DNA from: a virus
DNA length: 64,000 bases
IMG/VR virus record: IMGVR_UViG_3300028840_007197
Location: 1 to 64,000 of that record
Direction: 5' to 3' (one strand)
The position numbers were made by a program, and so were the translations under genes. Under the pieces are notes generated by a model. The model did not search any database and had not been told where the DNA came from. It was given only the letters and a program-made list of their open reading frames with translations. Below, in pieces: positions 49,201 through 59,653 of the stretch. Position 1 is the stretch's first letter, and every line of letters starts with the position of its first letter.

Positions 49201-49789
49201 TAAAGAAATCAAGATTAGTAAGGATATCATTGATATTCTTACCTGAATTAAGGAGGTCGTCGACAAAAACGTCAACGACCATTTTATTAGTATCTATCAC
49301 TGAATAAGCACTATTAGGCTTTCGTGCCTCAAGATAAAGCTCACGTATATTTATATCAATACCCGTGAACTTTTCAGCAGTGCTTTCGATATTATCTTTT
49401 TTACTTCCAATGAGATAGGCGTCTTTCAGAGATATCAGATAATCCCTGAAAGACTCATCATTGTAGTTTTGTGGTGCGATCTGTTCTTTAAGAAATAGAC
49501 GGTCACCAAGTATCTGCTGGAGATATTCTATACGAGTCTGGGTATAAACCTTATCATTATTTATTGCATCATTGCTATAATGCATCCTTGCAAATTCACG
49601 GGCAAGGACATTAAAAAGTATGGATACATTAGTATTGGTATCTTTCGGATAGTTACTTGGAAGGAGACCTATAAGCGCGGTTAGGATCTCAGAAGCCCGA
49701 CCATAGAGGTCTGCCCTGTAAGACTGATTGTCCGGAAAGCGCTTTCTGCCCAGTTCTTCCGGATCAGGAATATAGGGTCCTATAGCCAC
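46262..49789 (-). CDS. Baseplate wedge protein (P2 gpI-like N-terminus) with Ig-like repeats
   Basis: LLPSNY, DE.FR..L......GS...I, IRPAHV; repeated P...G.G..A..SDV...DGT modules. Confidence 0.65.
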   Translation of the reverse strand: MAIGPYIPDPEELGRKRFPDNQSYRADLYGRASEILTALIGLLPSNYPKDTNTNVSILFNVLAREFARMHYSNDAINNDKVYTQTRIEYLQQILGDRLFLKEQIAPQNYNDESFRDYLISLKDAYLIGSKKDNIESTAEKFTGIDINIRELYLEARKPNSAYSVIDTNKMVVDVFVDDLLNSGKNINDILTNLDFFINLIRPAHVLYDTRLIWTEQIDVNKIHDLIYGDTGGGCVPVYDYSPLGEPTYLARQISVLTTSQGATGRIDSLHNDYLTLFLTDGTRVITEPGVNGTVIFNSLGKRIRFDQLRIGQWVRISWIQIPGDFQFWYMPPGVLPSSVSRFYLDTIRKPAFQEFVKKVMDPNGRFPLQIKTTPTTICDRWVQDLLQPYYEDLRKDCDATSEKTTSTSFQIGQRLDSPRLSLPWGRDEVFDSFWYGDSYVLTLPHAPLTDSSGNPATISDVLVNFDGTSLSDSVISVDASNANVTLTDSTTYWDSTVGHSPAICDEIGFDYNYLSDGTVYSSSTDLLFGLAHWQMSHTPLVTGDGSGTLAGTSDVSIYVDGTQVIDAVRSIRPLFGHITLYDTTQFWVDSELGRVPAIGDSLEFGYYAGLNYQYPALLDDIERYLDYENFLLDDALNDSSGTASIPRANPVEIGYRFRTYLLHHTSVLNSPDTLRLNNYQKPATRASIANQQDSLNHLNLFFSPEFLYDTSSNIVLDDQYLDNGLDPVLKLREGTPPFQKTFAYQPGLVYQRKLQDIRQHRHPLLYSDLLLKEFRDNGESVHLSSLCDSATPIFQFRYQEDIPKLKECDPWLVTDTVKYDEVTASIPGSLIGSPNLRVPSKKLRDNFILRETESTGLALISYEAASELETDTPTYYLPATMKMSSDQGIIDFPTLPLMKNETTYADAGDVVVKIGGTVLEGIISSIDPVNGVIQLNMPSYLVFEHIILTQEQADNGGVFLSNYLRRKTNVVLNIVNGTSQQDGYDFYVYGNELIWRGSSLNGLLNAGDEIELIYEISPPVTFSYKVINTTTIELIDPYYSRILDDDYVFASACPDPIKIRIDAQYNEYVNNLDDYGLGTKIVYFNKTTYQIEEHIFSGPVFETYEASQDELSSPDTFPNALVKVLNSSHSKDPLKYMVDYSFMNDEVVRYRKKTFKELLPDRSYRVLKVTEMMPL

Positions 49790-49797
49790 GGGCTCTC

Positions 49798-50178
49798 CTA
49801 TTTAGAAGGGCTCATTGAGATCAGGTTTATTCCAGTTGCGTCTGGCGTATAGAACGTGAACAATCCTAGTTCATGCACGGGAGAGTAAGGATTTGTTGAA
49901 TCAGTTGGAAACGTCGGATAATCAAGCTCTCTTACCGAACTTGCCGTAGCTGATGTTACGGCGGTTGCATCAGCAGCTCCATTGAAATTCTGCAGAAACA
50001 ACATAGAGTACTGATATTTGCTGGAGTCTCCAGAAAAATCAGTCATCTGGGAGAACTGTATCTGACCGCCATTATACGGTATAAGCGTATTACCCAACCG
50101 CGCCAGACCAGGCATGATGGATACAGTAGAATCAGATACTTCAAGCTGAAACTGTATATGATCTGATGTGGTCAGCAT
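49798..50178 (-). CDS. Small structural hypothetical protein
   Basis: 126 aa; located in the structural block. Confidence 0.6.
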   Translation of the reverse strand: MLTTSDHIQFQLEVSDSTVSIMPGLARLGNTLIPYNGGQIQFSQMTDFSGDSSKYQYSMLFLQNFNGAADATAVTSATASSVRELDYPTFPTDSTNPYSPVHELGLFTFYTPDATGINLISMSPSK

Positions 50179-53100
50179 AGTGTAATCCTGCTTAAGGGTT
50201 TATTCTGAATACGATACACCGCTAGGGCATCGGTCGAGCCCACTTGATACCCTACGGAATTATTCTTTTCAGTGATATATGTACGTGAGAAAATAACCAT
50301 TAGATATTCGCCGTTTTTGAAGATGTTATTGTTCTCATCACAGACTCTGGCAAGGACGGGCATATAAACTTTCCTAGGAACAGACAGCCCCATGCCCTCA
50401 GTAGAGAACTCGAATTCCCTTGAACAGATGCTATAGAATGTTCTTCCTAGGCTATCTACTGAGGGAGCCGAAAGAGTAAAAGATTCTCCAAAACTTCCGG
50501 GCACATACACGGGGAGAGAGACCATGCCCGTATCCACCGAGAGGTTATTAAAGCGTAGGGACTCATTGTTATATAGAAGATTTTCTTCCAACAAAATATC
50601 ATTGATAGGAATCTGCTCTATTGGTGTCGTGTAGGGTTGACCAGCCACCCCACCTGTAGAGCCATTGTTCGATACGTATATCCTGTCCCCACCATCAACA
50701 GTTGTGAGGGTAACAGTCGTAGGAAGAGATTGGACAGTTTGATAGGGAAGGAAATTATATGCTATCAGAAGAGCATCATTATTTGAATCGATCGGATAGG
50801 GTAGGATAAGGTCTTGAACAAGAACCTGTATCCAGACTGTTCCGGGTGATGTCGCCGGATAAGTAACCGTGATGGTATCAGTACCAAAACCAGTTACGGT
50901 ACATTGGGTCATTACGGCGTTACTTATATCTGACCCTATCCAGCAAACAGGACTATTCAAGGACTGCGTTGTTTCAACACTCGAAATTCCAAGAATAACC
51001 TTGTTAGGCATGTTTATTTGTGCTGATGTAGTAGAAACAGTAGTATCATCTTTAAAGATAGAACTGCAGAAAGTATTTATGCCCTTTGTGGAGGCAACAA
51101 AATTTACCGATGCTCCGTTTCTGACGTTTATAACTATATCCTTGGTTACATAAGTAATTATTTCTATAGACTGGCCCTCAAGGAAAGAGAACCCGGTAGC
51201 CGGTGTTATCTTTATACCTGTCACATCAGAGCCGGATGTCGTAAACGATACTGAGCTTATTTTGTATGAGAACGATGAAATAACATTATTAATCTTAGAC
51301 ACAGTTAGGATATTGTATTTGGTGTCATCAGTATAGGGGCCTATTTCAGGGCTTAGAACAAGAGCAGTCCCATCCAAATCAGAGCTTGTTATTTTCATGA
51401 AATAATGAAGCTCTACATTAGACGCTCTCGACTGCTGAGCTGTATCAGTATAAGCTTTTGCTGGATACACCAAAGCATAGTTGTTATACCCTGAAACTTC
51501 AGAGGCCCAGGACTCTATGACTCTCGATGTCTCTGAGCTCAGGACACCCTGATAGTAATAGGGAGCAGACCCTGACCCACTCACATTTTTTACCAGTTTC
51601 GGTGAAGACGGTATGTAACTCAGAGACACCGAACTCCCCGCCACATATTTTCCAGATAACAGATATCCGTTTACCGGTGAATCCGTTTTCACATCACTAT
51701 CAAAAACAAATGTAACCGTATCTGTTCCAAGACCTTCCCAGTATCCCGGAACAGGTTTCCCACTATATGAGGCATCCCCACTTACATAAGTGGCAGAATA
51801 ATGGACGGGATTGGTAGAGAAAATACCTGTAACAGGACCTAAAGACTGCTGAGTAGGTACCGGACTCGTTGAAAGAGATATTGACGATGTATTGAAAGAT
51901 GCCTCGGAAGTAATAAGACCTGAAACGGCCCCCGTGAGGTCCGTATTTAACTCAGTACCACCCTCAGAACCAGAACCCGAAACTCTGTCTATATGCAGCA
52001 ATTCGGTTCCATACCGGTCGCCACCATCAGATAGGCGTCCCATAACCGTTTTGAGTTCATTTTTCGACATCTTGTCGAAGGTTGAACTCAGGAGCTCTTT
52101 TGTAGAAGGAATAGTTATTATTCTTCTAACATCGAGGATATCCGAATCGACGACCTCTGTAGCAGTGAGAAGGTCGGGCCTGATAAAAGAAGTGTTCCTT
52201 TGGTTAGAGCCATTAGGATTAGTTGAGGCGTTATAGATCCCTGAATTTCTTCTGGCTACAAAAAACATGGGTATAGCATAACAGTACCCATCAACAGTAT
52301 TTTCGCATTTAGCTCTCCAGAGTCCGTAGTCACCATTTATCGGACCCATATTCTCGTAGGAGAATTTTGCCGTCGTATTCGGGCCCAAACCATATACCGT
52401 TGAGGATAATCCCGCCTCAGGATTAAAATTGGGATCTGCCCCGCTTATTACTCTAATTCTGTACTGAACCTGTACCCTTTTTGTGGTCTCAATACGAGCA
52501 TCAGGATGTATAGAATTATCTTCTAGGAATACATCACTCTCGACATTCCCCTCGTAAAAAACCCTTTGAACCTGACGGATGAAGGTTTCAGTTTGCTGTT
52601 CCTCCCATGTGATACCACTATCTTCGGTGTTCCGTATTACTGAATTAGCACCAACAAGCCAACCTTTATACTGGTCGAAGAAAGAAATGCCATATATGTC
52701 ATATGCTGTTTGTGGGTCCTGAGGAACCCATTTAGCCCCTATATCATCGGTATAAAGTACTCGGCCTGAATCACCAACCGCCCATGCTTTTCCATTGAAG
52801 ACGGCGCAGTCTCTCTTATACCAGTATGAAATTTTAACCGTATCATTTACCTTCGGAGCTAATGCAAGTACCACCGCTCCCGTTGTACCATTAATGCTAT
52901 CAACAGCCACCTGGACATTATTTACCGTAACCGTTACCATACTCGGGTCATTGGTAACAGTTCCCCTTCCGTCTCCAACAGTTATAGGGGTATTCGCAAC
53001 CGTGAAATTCTTATTAGTTCCATCAAGCTGTGAGCTGACTTCCTCATTTAATACATGGGCATCAAGAGTAGGAGCCATTGAGACGGATCTGAGATTATCA

Positions 53101-54185
53101 GTAATGGAAGTATAAGTCGAATTTATGTATACATTACCGGACTGTGACACCCATGAAGCGCCACCATCTGAGGTCCTCAGAATAGTTCCATTATCTCCAA
53201 CAGCAAACCCATAACTGAGGTCATACATATGGATGCCATTGAGATTCTGGGTCGTATTACTAACCTGTGCAACCCAATGGTCACCACCATCAGTGGTCCT
53301 TATAATTGTCCCTGAGTCTCCAACAGCCCACCCAACCTGATTATCATAAAAAAAGACCTTATTGAGATTAGCAGTAACCCCGCTAGTCTTCTCTACCCAT
53401 GATACGCCGTTGCTGGTTTTTACGATAGTACCGGCATTACCAACGGCCCATGCCAGAAGCTGGCTGTAGGCGCATATTGAATTAAGATCTTCAGACACAA
53501 CACTTGTAAGAGTGGTCCATTTCTGACCTCCAGAAGAGGACCGTGCAATGAAACCATCCTCCCCGACAACCCACCCTATGGATGCAGTAATAAAGTATAT
53601 GCCTTTAAGTACTTTAGTAGTATCGATGAGCTGCGTTGACCATACCTGACCAGCATTCTCCGTTTTTAAAACGAGCCCGTTCTGACCACAAACCCACCCT
53701 ATTGAGTCACTGTACATGTAGATGTCATAGAGCGAATCAATCACCGTGGCCGGATCAGGTTTGTTTGTACTCGTATCAGGATCAAGAAGAGCTCTCCAAA
53801 CTTCAAGGAACACCCCATTAAGAATATTACCGCTCGATGGAGGAGTTTTGAGATCGATAAGATTAAGATTAGTGGCAGTCGTACCGGTATTGGTAACATG
53901 AACCACCATCCCATTAACGTTGGCTATTTCAGGCTTTGGGTTAGTTGTACTCTGGGTATAGAATTTATTGGCCAAGGACCTATCCGTGTGGATAGGATAC
54001 ATTGATATCCACCCGGAGGGAAGAAATGATGCCTGTCTCCTATTGATGATTCCTTGAAGCTGTTGAACAAGATTCAGCTCGGAATCAAGAGGGGGCTTGC
54101 CCTTCTGGAAGACCACCGTATCATAGTTGTAGCCCTGGTCCTCATAAACGTAGGAGACATCAGGTCCCAAATTATCATGAGACAT
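50172..54185 (-). CDS. Tail/baseplate protein with YCF48/BNR beta-propeller repeats
   Basis: Repeated L..V.F......GWAVG..G.I..T.DGG..W units; FQKGKPPLDSELN N-terminus. Confidence 0.8.
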   Translation of the reverse strand: MSHDNLGPDVSYVYEDQGYNYDTVVFQKGKPPLDSELNLVQQLQGIINRRQASFLPSGWISMYPIHTDRSLANKFYTQSTTNPKPEIANVNGMVVHVTNTGTTATNLNLIDLKTPPSSGNILNGVFLEVWRALLDPDTSTNKPDPATVIDSLYDIYMYSDSIGWVCGQNGLVLKTENAGQVWSTQLIDTTKVLKGIYFITASIGWVVGEDGFIARSSSGGQKWTTLTSVVSEDLNSICAYSQLLAWAVGNAGTIVKTSNGVSWVEKTSGVTANLNKVFFYDNQVGWAVGDSGTIIRTTDGGDHWVAQVSNTTQNLNGIHMYDLSYGFAVGDNGTILRTSDGGASWVSQSGNVYINSTYTSITDNLRSVSMAPTLDAHVLNEEVSSQLDGTNKNFTVANTPITVGDGRGTVTNDPSMVTVTVNNVQVAVDSINGTTGAVVLALAPKVNDTVKISYWYKRDCAVFNGKAWAVGDSGRVLYTDDIGAKWVPQDPQTAYDIYGISFFDQYKGWLVGANSVIRNTEDSGITWEEQQTETFIRQVQRVFYEGNVESDVFLEDNSIHPDARIETTKRVQVQYRIRVISGADPNFNPEAGLSSTVYGLGPNTTAKFSYENMGPINGDYGLWRAKCENTVDGYCYAIPMFFVARRNSGIYNASTNPNGSNQRNTSFIRPDLLTATEVVDSDILDVRRIITIPSTKELLSSTFDKMSKNELKTVMGRLSDGGDRYGTELLHIDRVSGSGSEGGTELNTDLTGAVSGLITSEASFNTSSISLSTSPVPTQQSLGPVTGIFSTNPVHYSATYVSGDASYSGKPVPGYWEGLGTDTVTFVFDSDVKTDSPVNGYLLSGKYVAGSSVSLSYIPSSPKLVKNVSGSGSAPYYYQGVLSSETSRVIESWASEVSGYNNYALVYPAKAYTDTAQQSRASNVELHYFMKITSSDLDGTALVLSPEIGPYTDDTKYNILTVSKINNVISSFSYKISSVSFTTSGSDVTGIKITPATGFSFLEGQSIEIITYVTKDIVINVRNGASVNFVASTKGINTFCSSIFKDDTTVSTTSAQINMPNKVILGISSVETTQSLNSPVCWIGSDISNAVMTQCTVTGFGTDTITVTYPATSPGTVWIQVLVQDLILPYPIDSNNDALLIAYNFLPYQTVQSLPTTVTLTTVDGGDRIYVSNNGSTGGVAGQPYTTPIEQIPINDILLEENLLYNNESLRFNNLSVDTGMVSLPVYVPGSFGESFTLSAPSVDSLGRTFYSICSREFEFSTEGMGLSVPRKVYMPVLARVCDENNNIFKNGEYLMVIFSRTYITEKNNSVGYQVGSTDALAVYRIQNKPLSRITLC

Positions 54186-54195
54186 CTATCACTCC

Positions 54196-57100
54196 TTAGA
54201 ATGCTTGTCTGCTAAGGTCTCTCGGAGTATCATAGCTTATCGAGAAGGACCCGACATTGAGATACTCTATGGAATTAACGTTGATGTCGTTGGATCCGGT
54301 CTCTCCATACACGTAGTATGCTACTGAGTATTCCTTTTTCTCCGGTATATCACCGTCTTTGGTACTCACTATGATTTTACCATCTGACTGTATATAAGCA
54401 CGTCCGGGCCCGTCTGATACTTCAAGGGGATCATCCTGAAGGACCAGAGGAAGATTATCTTCGAATACTCCCCTAAACATGTTCTCAGGACCGCCCTTAT
54501 CAACGGTCTTATAGCTAAGGACGGAAACAGTAGATATATATGCCGTACTTGATCCTTCATTATAGATATCGAACTGTGTTTTTCCTACATCATCCCGTAT
54601 TATCATCGACCCATCTGCCTTGGTCATTCTCAAGAACGGAAGAACCACATAATCAACATCATCTATTCCCTTTATCACATGGTCTATATCACTCTGCGTA
54701 AGGGACACGCCTATTCCTAGCTGAGTGACAAAATTAGAGACTGCCGTTCGGATTTTAGAAGTAAGAAGGTTATAATTCGTCACCCCTGATTTAGGAACGA
54801 CCGTTATCACGAAGTCTACATCATTCTCGATAGCCTGTTTCACAATAGTATCAGCACAGGCATGCTTCATCTTATCTACTTGTTCTTGAACCGTTGAGAG
54901 CAGATAATTGGTTGTATAAACCACAGCGAAGTTCTCTATGGCCGTATAGCTAATAAGTACGGTCTGACCATTCAGTATACTACCGCTCTCGATTAACCTA
55001 ATATTTGTAGCCGATGTATCGGTTCCGGCAATGACCTGATAATCGACATTCTCTATAAATGTGACTGTCTTGGTACTATTCTTTATGACTATCGAAGTCG
55101 TATCTACCCCATAATATGCGAGGGGTTCATCAGTCCCTATTATCATAACGTGGGACTCGTCAGTTATTTCCTGGAACTCGGTTAAGGGTAGATTATTAGC
55201 GAACTTAATCCTTATCCCATCCTGAGCTATAGTAGAGTTCCCATCTTCAAGAGGATCCTGTAACCTGACCAATTCATAGTTATCGGTTGTCAGAGGACCA
55301 GAAAGCTGACCTGTTACGGATACGATCTCCAGAACGGGCTGATTACTCAGTATGAATACATCTGAGCTCCTGTATTTATAATCGACTGTAATAATATCAT
55401 TGGTGGCCAAACCTATTGAAACATTCACGGGTCTGGTTTCATCAAGGTCTATAACCTTTCCGTCACCAATTATCTGCAGATTCGTGAGGTCATAATCCGC
55501 CAACCGGGTAGCATTATGAACCTTTGATACCTCGAAAATTGGCGTATGCGCTGTCACTCTGGTATTCTGGGTCTGAAATTGGAATGATACTGCGTTTATG
55601 ACCGTAAATCTCTCATCCTGCTGTGTGCCGCCATTGGCCTGAACGCTCTCAAAAGAAAAAGCTATCTGGTCGGTAATCTGTTTACTCCTGCTTCCCTCAA
55701 CATATACATCCACTTTTCCACCAACATGAGTCAGACGAAGGGGGTCCCAATCCCGCCTCATTAAAGGATCACCAGCCTTCTCTATTCTGACATTTCTGAC
55801 GCCAGATACGCCTATAGACGTTTTCGCATAGCCGCCTTCGGTACCAGTATCGGTGAAAAACGCCAGCTGTATTCTGCTGGCCATGTCATGGTTGGATTCT
55901 TCATCTGACCCAAAACTGATCGGATTACCGTTTTCAACAGAAAAATCTGAGTCTGCACCGCTTACTATGGTCCTAATAGTTTGAGAATCAGTATTACCAC
56001 TTTCACCCGCATCTTCAGATTCTACATCTAGTATCAACTCATATCTTTGAAGAGCTGCGTTATAGTAGATATCCCGATTAGAAAACTCAAGGATCCTGGA
56101 TGTTGTTGTTCTATATGACTGTGCCGGGATTCCAGAATCCAGGTCACCTATAGTAGAGACAATACATCCTTCATAAACGTACATATCCCGGATAGGAGGA
56201 GTCTCAACATAGAACGTAACCTGACCCGTAGCCCTCTCTGCATCTCTCCTGACTATGTTTACGTTAGATCCAAGTTTATCGAACTGTTCATCAATAAGGG
56301 TCTGTACATCGTTAGGGTCACTAATATTCAGAGCTACTTGAAGGGCCCTCTTCTGTGTAGAAGATGTAACAGGGTCACTGATACCATCTCCGTCGGCGTC
56401 ATCAAAATCGAGCAGGGAGGTAACACCAAGAGACCGAGACATGAAATCCTGGATAACGTAGACCCTCGCTTGTTCTTCGGATATTGGGTCTAGTATGTCC
56501 CTCAACGCCGTTCCGGGCTTGGTGTCTGCCCCAGCATTCCCGGTAAGGATTTCCCTTGAATAGGTCAGAATGATGTCAGTTTGAGTTCTGGAAGGAAGGT
56601 CCCTTATTCCCGTTGTGATGGTAATAGGCGACCCCTCAAGCTCTGCGGAATACGAGCTCTCGGTCTGAACCCCCAATACCGAATCATATACAATGGCAGT
56701 AGCTACGAAAAAGAAACTGTTGTCTTCGGTAAAAGGGACATTCTCGATAAGTCCCTCGGACACCAGTCGGTTATACGCTGTTTCATCAAAAAAAGTAGAA
56801 TAGTAATCTGTTACATTAACTTCCTCTATGGTTGTCGTAGTCCTTATATTTCCAACGGTATCAACACTTGTGCTTAACTGCCTTGTGTTTTCTTCTTGAG
56901 AGCTAGGTTCAGTCACGAGCTCAGTATTAATTTTTGCATAGGTTCTATTTATGCCGCCACTTTGTGTAGATACATAGAAGTTGTAACCAATAACCTGTTG
57001 TTCAGTACTACCTGAACAGAGTATCTCGACTTTATCCTGGTATTGTTTTAGTTTAATACCGGTGGGCTGAGAAACAGTAGTAGATACCTGTGAATCTATA

Positions 57101-57366
57101 AGAGTTACGACTATTATAGCGGGATTACTCGCTAAACCTGTCGTTTTATCGATAGCAGTAACCTGTAAGATATTCTGGCCAACTGTAAGAGTTCCAGTCC
57201 AAGCCCAGGCAATCTCCCCGGAAGTATAAGATACTCCAGATACAGACCCGTTCACCTTTATCTGGGCCGTGTCAGCAGAGGTGGTCCCTGAAATAGTCTG
57301 GACCTCTGTATCGGTCGTATAATCTACTCCACCCGAAGGCAGAAGTATAACGGGTGCTGGTATCAC
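54196..57366 (-). CDS. Baseplate J/gp47-like protein
   Basis: D.KPG..LRD...P, D.LG.N....R..A..ATG.V.F, G..GN, G.D.ESN....R, G.VDVYV. Confidence 0.85.
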   Translation of the reverse strand: MIPAPVILLPSGGVDYTTDTEVQTISGTTSADTAQIKVNGSVSGVSYTSGEIAWAWTGTLTVGQNILQVTAIDKTTGLASNPAIIVVTLIDSQVSTTVSQPTGIKLKQYQDKVEILCSGSTEQQVIGYNFYVSTQSGGINRTYAKINTELVTEPSSQEENTRQLSTSVDTVGNIRTTTTIEEVNVTDYYSTFFDETAYNRLVSEGLIENVPFTEDNSFFFVATAIVYDSVLGVQTESSYSAELEGSPITITTGIRDLPSRTQTDIILTYSREILTGNAGADTKPGTALRDILDPISEEQARVYVIQDFMSRSLGVTSLLDFDDADGDGISDPVTSSTQKRALQVALNISDPNDVQTLIDEQFDKLGSNVNIVRRDAERATGQVTFYVETPPIRDMYVYEGCIVSTIGDLDSGIPAQSYRTTTSRILEFSNRDIYYNAALQRYELILDVESEDAGESGNTDSQTIRTIVSGADSDFSVENGNPISFGSDEESNHDMASRIQLAFFTDTGTEGGYAKTSIGVSGVRNVRIEKAGDPLMRRDWDPLRLTHVGGKVDVYVEGSRSKQITDQIAFSFESVQANGGTQQDERFTVINAVSFQFQTQNTRVTAHTPIFEVSKVHNATRLADYDLTNLQIIGDGKVIDLDETRPVNVSIGLATNDIITVDYKYRSSDVFILSNQPVLEIVSVTGQLSGPLTTDNYELVRLQDPLEDGNSTIAQDGIRIKFANNLPLTEFQEITDESHVMIIGTDEPLAYYGVDTTSIVIKNSTKTVTFIENVDYQVIAGTDTSATNIRLIESGSILNGQTVLISYTAIENFAVVYTTNYLLSTVQEQVDKMKHACADTIVKQAIENDVDFVITVVPKSGVTNYNLLTSKIRTAVSNFVTQLGIGVSLTQSDIDHVIKGIDDVDYVVLPFLRMTKADGSMIIRDDVGKTQFDIYNEGSSTAYISTVSVLSYKTVDKGGPENMFRGVFEDNLPLVLQDDPLEVSDGPGRAYIQSDGKIIVSTKDGDIPEKKEYSVAYYVYGETGSNDINVNSIEYLNVGSFSISYDTPRDLSRQAF

Positions 57367-57369
57367 TGA

Positions 57370-58098
57370 CTAGGCCTCCGGTGTTTTCAAATACTGTTCG
57401 TACACTATGGACTTACCCGACTTTGCCGTACATGAGACGGTACATCTTAAAATCGTCGGATCAGTCTCATCAGGCAGCACTTCGATGTTATCTACCGATG
57501 CCAGTATCTCACCGTTAGTAAGAGCTCTTCCTGACTGCCTATGCTGGTCTTGCATGTCGGAGAATTTAGTAAGAGCACTACTGATTTCTTGTGTTATTTT
57601 AGTAGTCAGATAATCTAAATCAGCTATCTTTTCACCTAGAAGAGATACCAGTGATGTCCCTACAAATTGATGGAACACATTACTGAGAATCTCAGTAACC
57701 GTCCATTTTTCAAGATTCTGAAGCAGAAGCTTCTCATCTCGTGCCAATACCAACTGACCCTTTATGTTATAGCTGTAATCATCTAAGACTTCCAATCCCA
57801 CACACTTAGGGCAGAAACTCCTTAGGGTCACGTAGCTAATCTGGAAAAAATCCCTTGGTTGTTTCCATCTCTTATTGAGATAAACCATCCTCGGCTGATT
57901 CACATTCAACGTATTAGGGTCATAAATGACCGAATACATAGTCTTCGGTACAAGGTCGTCAGATGCGTATACCTGTATATCAACAGATGAGGCAAGAGGC
58001 TGCGCCATTCTCAAGGATCTTAAGTCGCTCCCGATGGAGACTAACTCCTTGAAAATCTTATGATTACATACAGTAGGGAGACTGACGTCATAGGACAT
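57370..58098 (-). CDS. Baseplate wedge protein, gp25/gpW-like C-terminus
   Basis: L.Q...K...T...SN.FH...GT.L..L.G pattern immediately upstream of baseplate J. Confidence 0.6.
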   Translation of the reverse strand: MSYDVSLPTVCNHKIFKELVSIGSDLRSLRMAQPLASSVDIQVYASDDLVPKTMYSVIYDPNTLNVNQPRMVYLNKRWKQPRDFFQISYVTLRSFCPKCVGLEVLDDYSYNIKGQLVLARDEKLLLQNLEKWTVTEILSNVFHQFVGTSLVSLLGEKIADLDYLTTKITQEISSALTKFSDMQDQHRQSGRALTNGEILASVDNIEVLPDETDPTILRCTVSCTAKSGKSIVYEQYLKTPEA

Positions 58099-58150
58099 AT
58101 AAAGGGTCAGCCATTAGAAGATTATTATTCCATTAAAATTAATGGAGTTA

Positions 58151-59653
58151 TCACAATCTATTTGACCAAACCTCATAATCTGTGATAATTTGGGAGGTGT
58201 AATCATCATATTCTTGCTGATTAATTGAGCTTTGAAATAGGAGGATCAGCAGATAGCCAACATATTCATTAATGACAGATAGTATCTCATACGACTGACT
58301 ATTCTTGAAACCAGATAGAGTCTTCAGCTCAGTAGACCCCTGGAGACTGCTATCAATTTTGACGCTGAAAACATATTCCTGAGCCGCAGGATCATACTGA
58401 AGTTGTAAAACGCTATCAGGAACAGCATATAGTTTTTTAAGAGTCTCGTCGTAAGTTGCTATTCTATCAGTAGGAGAGGTAGCAACAGCCTCAGAGGCCT
58501 TTCTCTGAAACTCTTCCTGAGCCTTTGCTTCTGCCGCCTTCTGCTGATTTATTGCAGCTTCACGAGCTTGTTCTTCATCTGTCTTAGAAGGATTATTACA
58601 ATAGCTCTTATTCCCGTTAAGGAATGATATTTGTTTTTTAAACCATCTATTCTCGGCTTCTGCCGCTGATTTAAGAGCATTTGTCGTCCACCAGTTCGCC
58701 GCATTTCTGGTTCTATCCAAAAAACGAGATAAGGAACTTGTAGATCTTGCTGCGGAATCCTCTAACGATGGCTCGTCCTTTGGAGTCTTCTTCGAGCTTA
58801 ATCTTAGTGATATATAGGGGTCGTTGATGTTCTTACTCATTTCCTCAACATACTTGGTTATAGAGGCTGGAAGCTTCGTATTGACCCCAAGGGACCTCAG
58901 ACCTGACATGAAACTCAGAAGAGCTGTAGAGTTAGTATCTGAACCGGGATTAGTCAGGTCCAGCACCAGGTCACCGTTAACCACATAGGGATTTCTCTCA
59001 GCAAAAGCAGTAAACTTAACGCTCAGCTTACTGAGCATATTAACTATTTTTGCATCTTCAGTATAAGCCTCATTTCCGCGCAAATCCCTAGAATTAGCCT
59101 TATAGAGACTGTGTAGTTCCCACAGCATATAGATATCAGCTACTTGTCTTTTTACTATGTTGTCTCTCTCAAGGTCTGCCTGCTCAGGGGCCCCCTTCTC
59201 TTGAAGCTGATTATTTATTTTATCTAGCTCATTTGAGTATGAAGTAATCCTACTTTGAACATCCTTTATCTGATATGCTATTTTGTTCTGCTCTTTTATA
59301 AGCTCTATGGCATTAGGTGAAAGAAAAAGCAGCTTATTCTTGGTATACGTTACTCTTTCATGAGGGTCTGGAGTCCCAGAATCATAATAAGAATAGGACT
59401 GTATCGGATTTATCTTCTTGAAATGGTCAGCACTGTATTTTGCCTCTATCTCTGCCATCTCAAGGTCTCTATAAATACGCTGATTCAAAGCAGCTTCAGA
59501 TGCCTTTAATTTCATCAAACGGCGTTCTAAGCTCATCAGAGCCTGTGTATAATACTCTTTTACAGAACGAAGACCATCAAGGGTGTTTTGAGTGACGATC
59601 TTCTCTATGGATTTAAGGTCTTCTTTTCTAGTCTCGGTAGGATTAAGATTCAT
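58151..59653 (-). CDS. Coiled-coil hypothetical protein
   Basis: 500 aa, helical. Confidence 0.7.
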   Translation of the reverse strand: MNLNPTETRKEDLKSIEKIVTQNTLDGLRSVKEYYTQALMSLERRLMKLKASEAALNQRIYRDLEMAEIEAKYSADHFKKINPIQSYSYYDSGTPDPHERVTYTKNKLLFLSPNAIELIKEQNKIAYQIKDVQSRITSYSNELDKINNQLQEKGAPEQADLERDNIVKRQVADIYMLWELHSLYKANSRDLRGNEAYTEDAKIVNMLSKLSVKFTAFAERNPYVVNGDLVLDLTNPGSDTNSTALLSFMSGLRSLGVNTKLPASITKYVEEMSKNINDPYISLRLSSKKTPKDEPSLEDSAARSTSSLSRFLDRTRNAANWWTTNALKSAAEAENRWFKKQISFLNGNKSYCNNPSKTDEEQAREAAINQQKAAEAKAQEEFQRKASEAVATSPTDRIATYDETLKKLYAVPDSVLQLQYDPAAQEYVFSVKIDSSLQGSTELKTLSGFKNSQSYEILSVINEYVGYLLILLFQSSINQQEYDDYTSQIITDYEVWSNRL

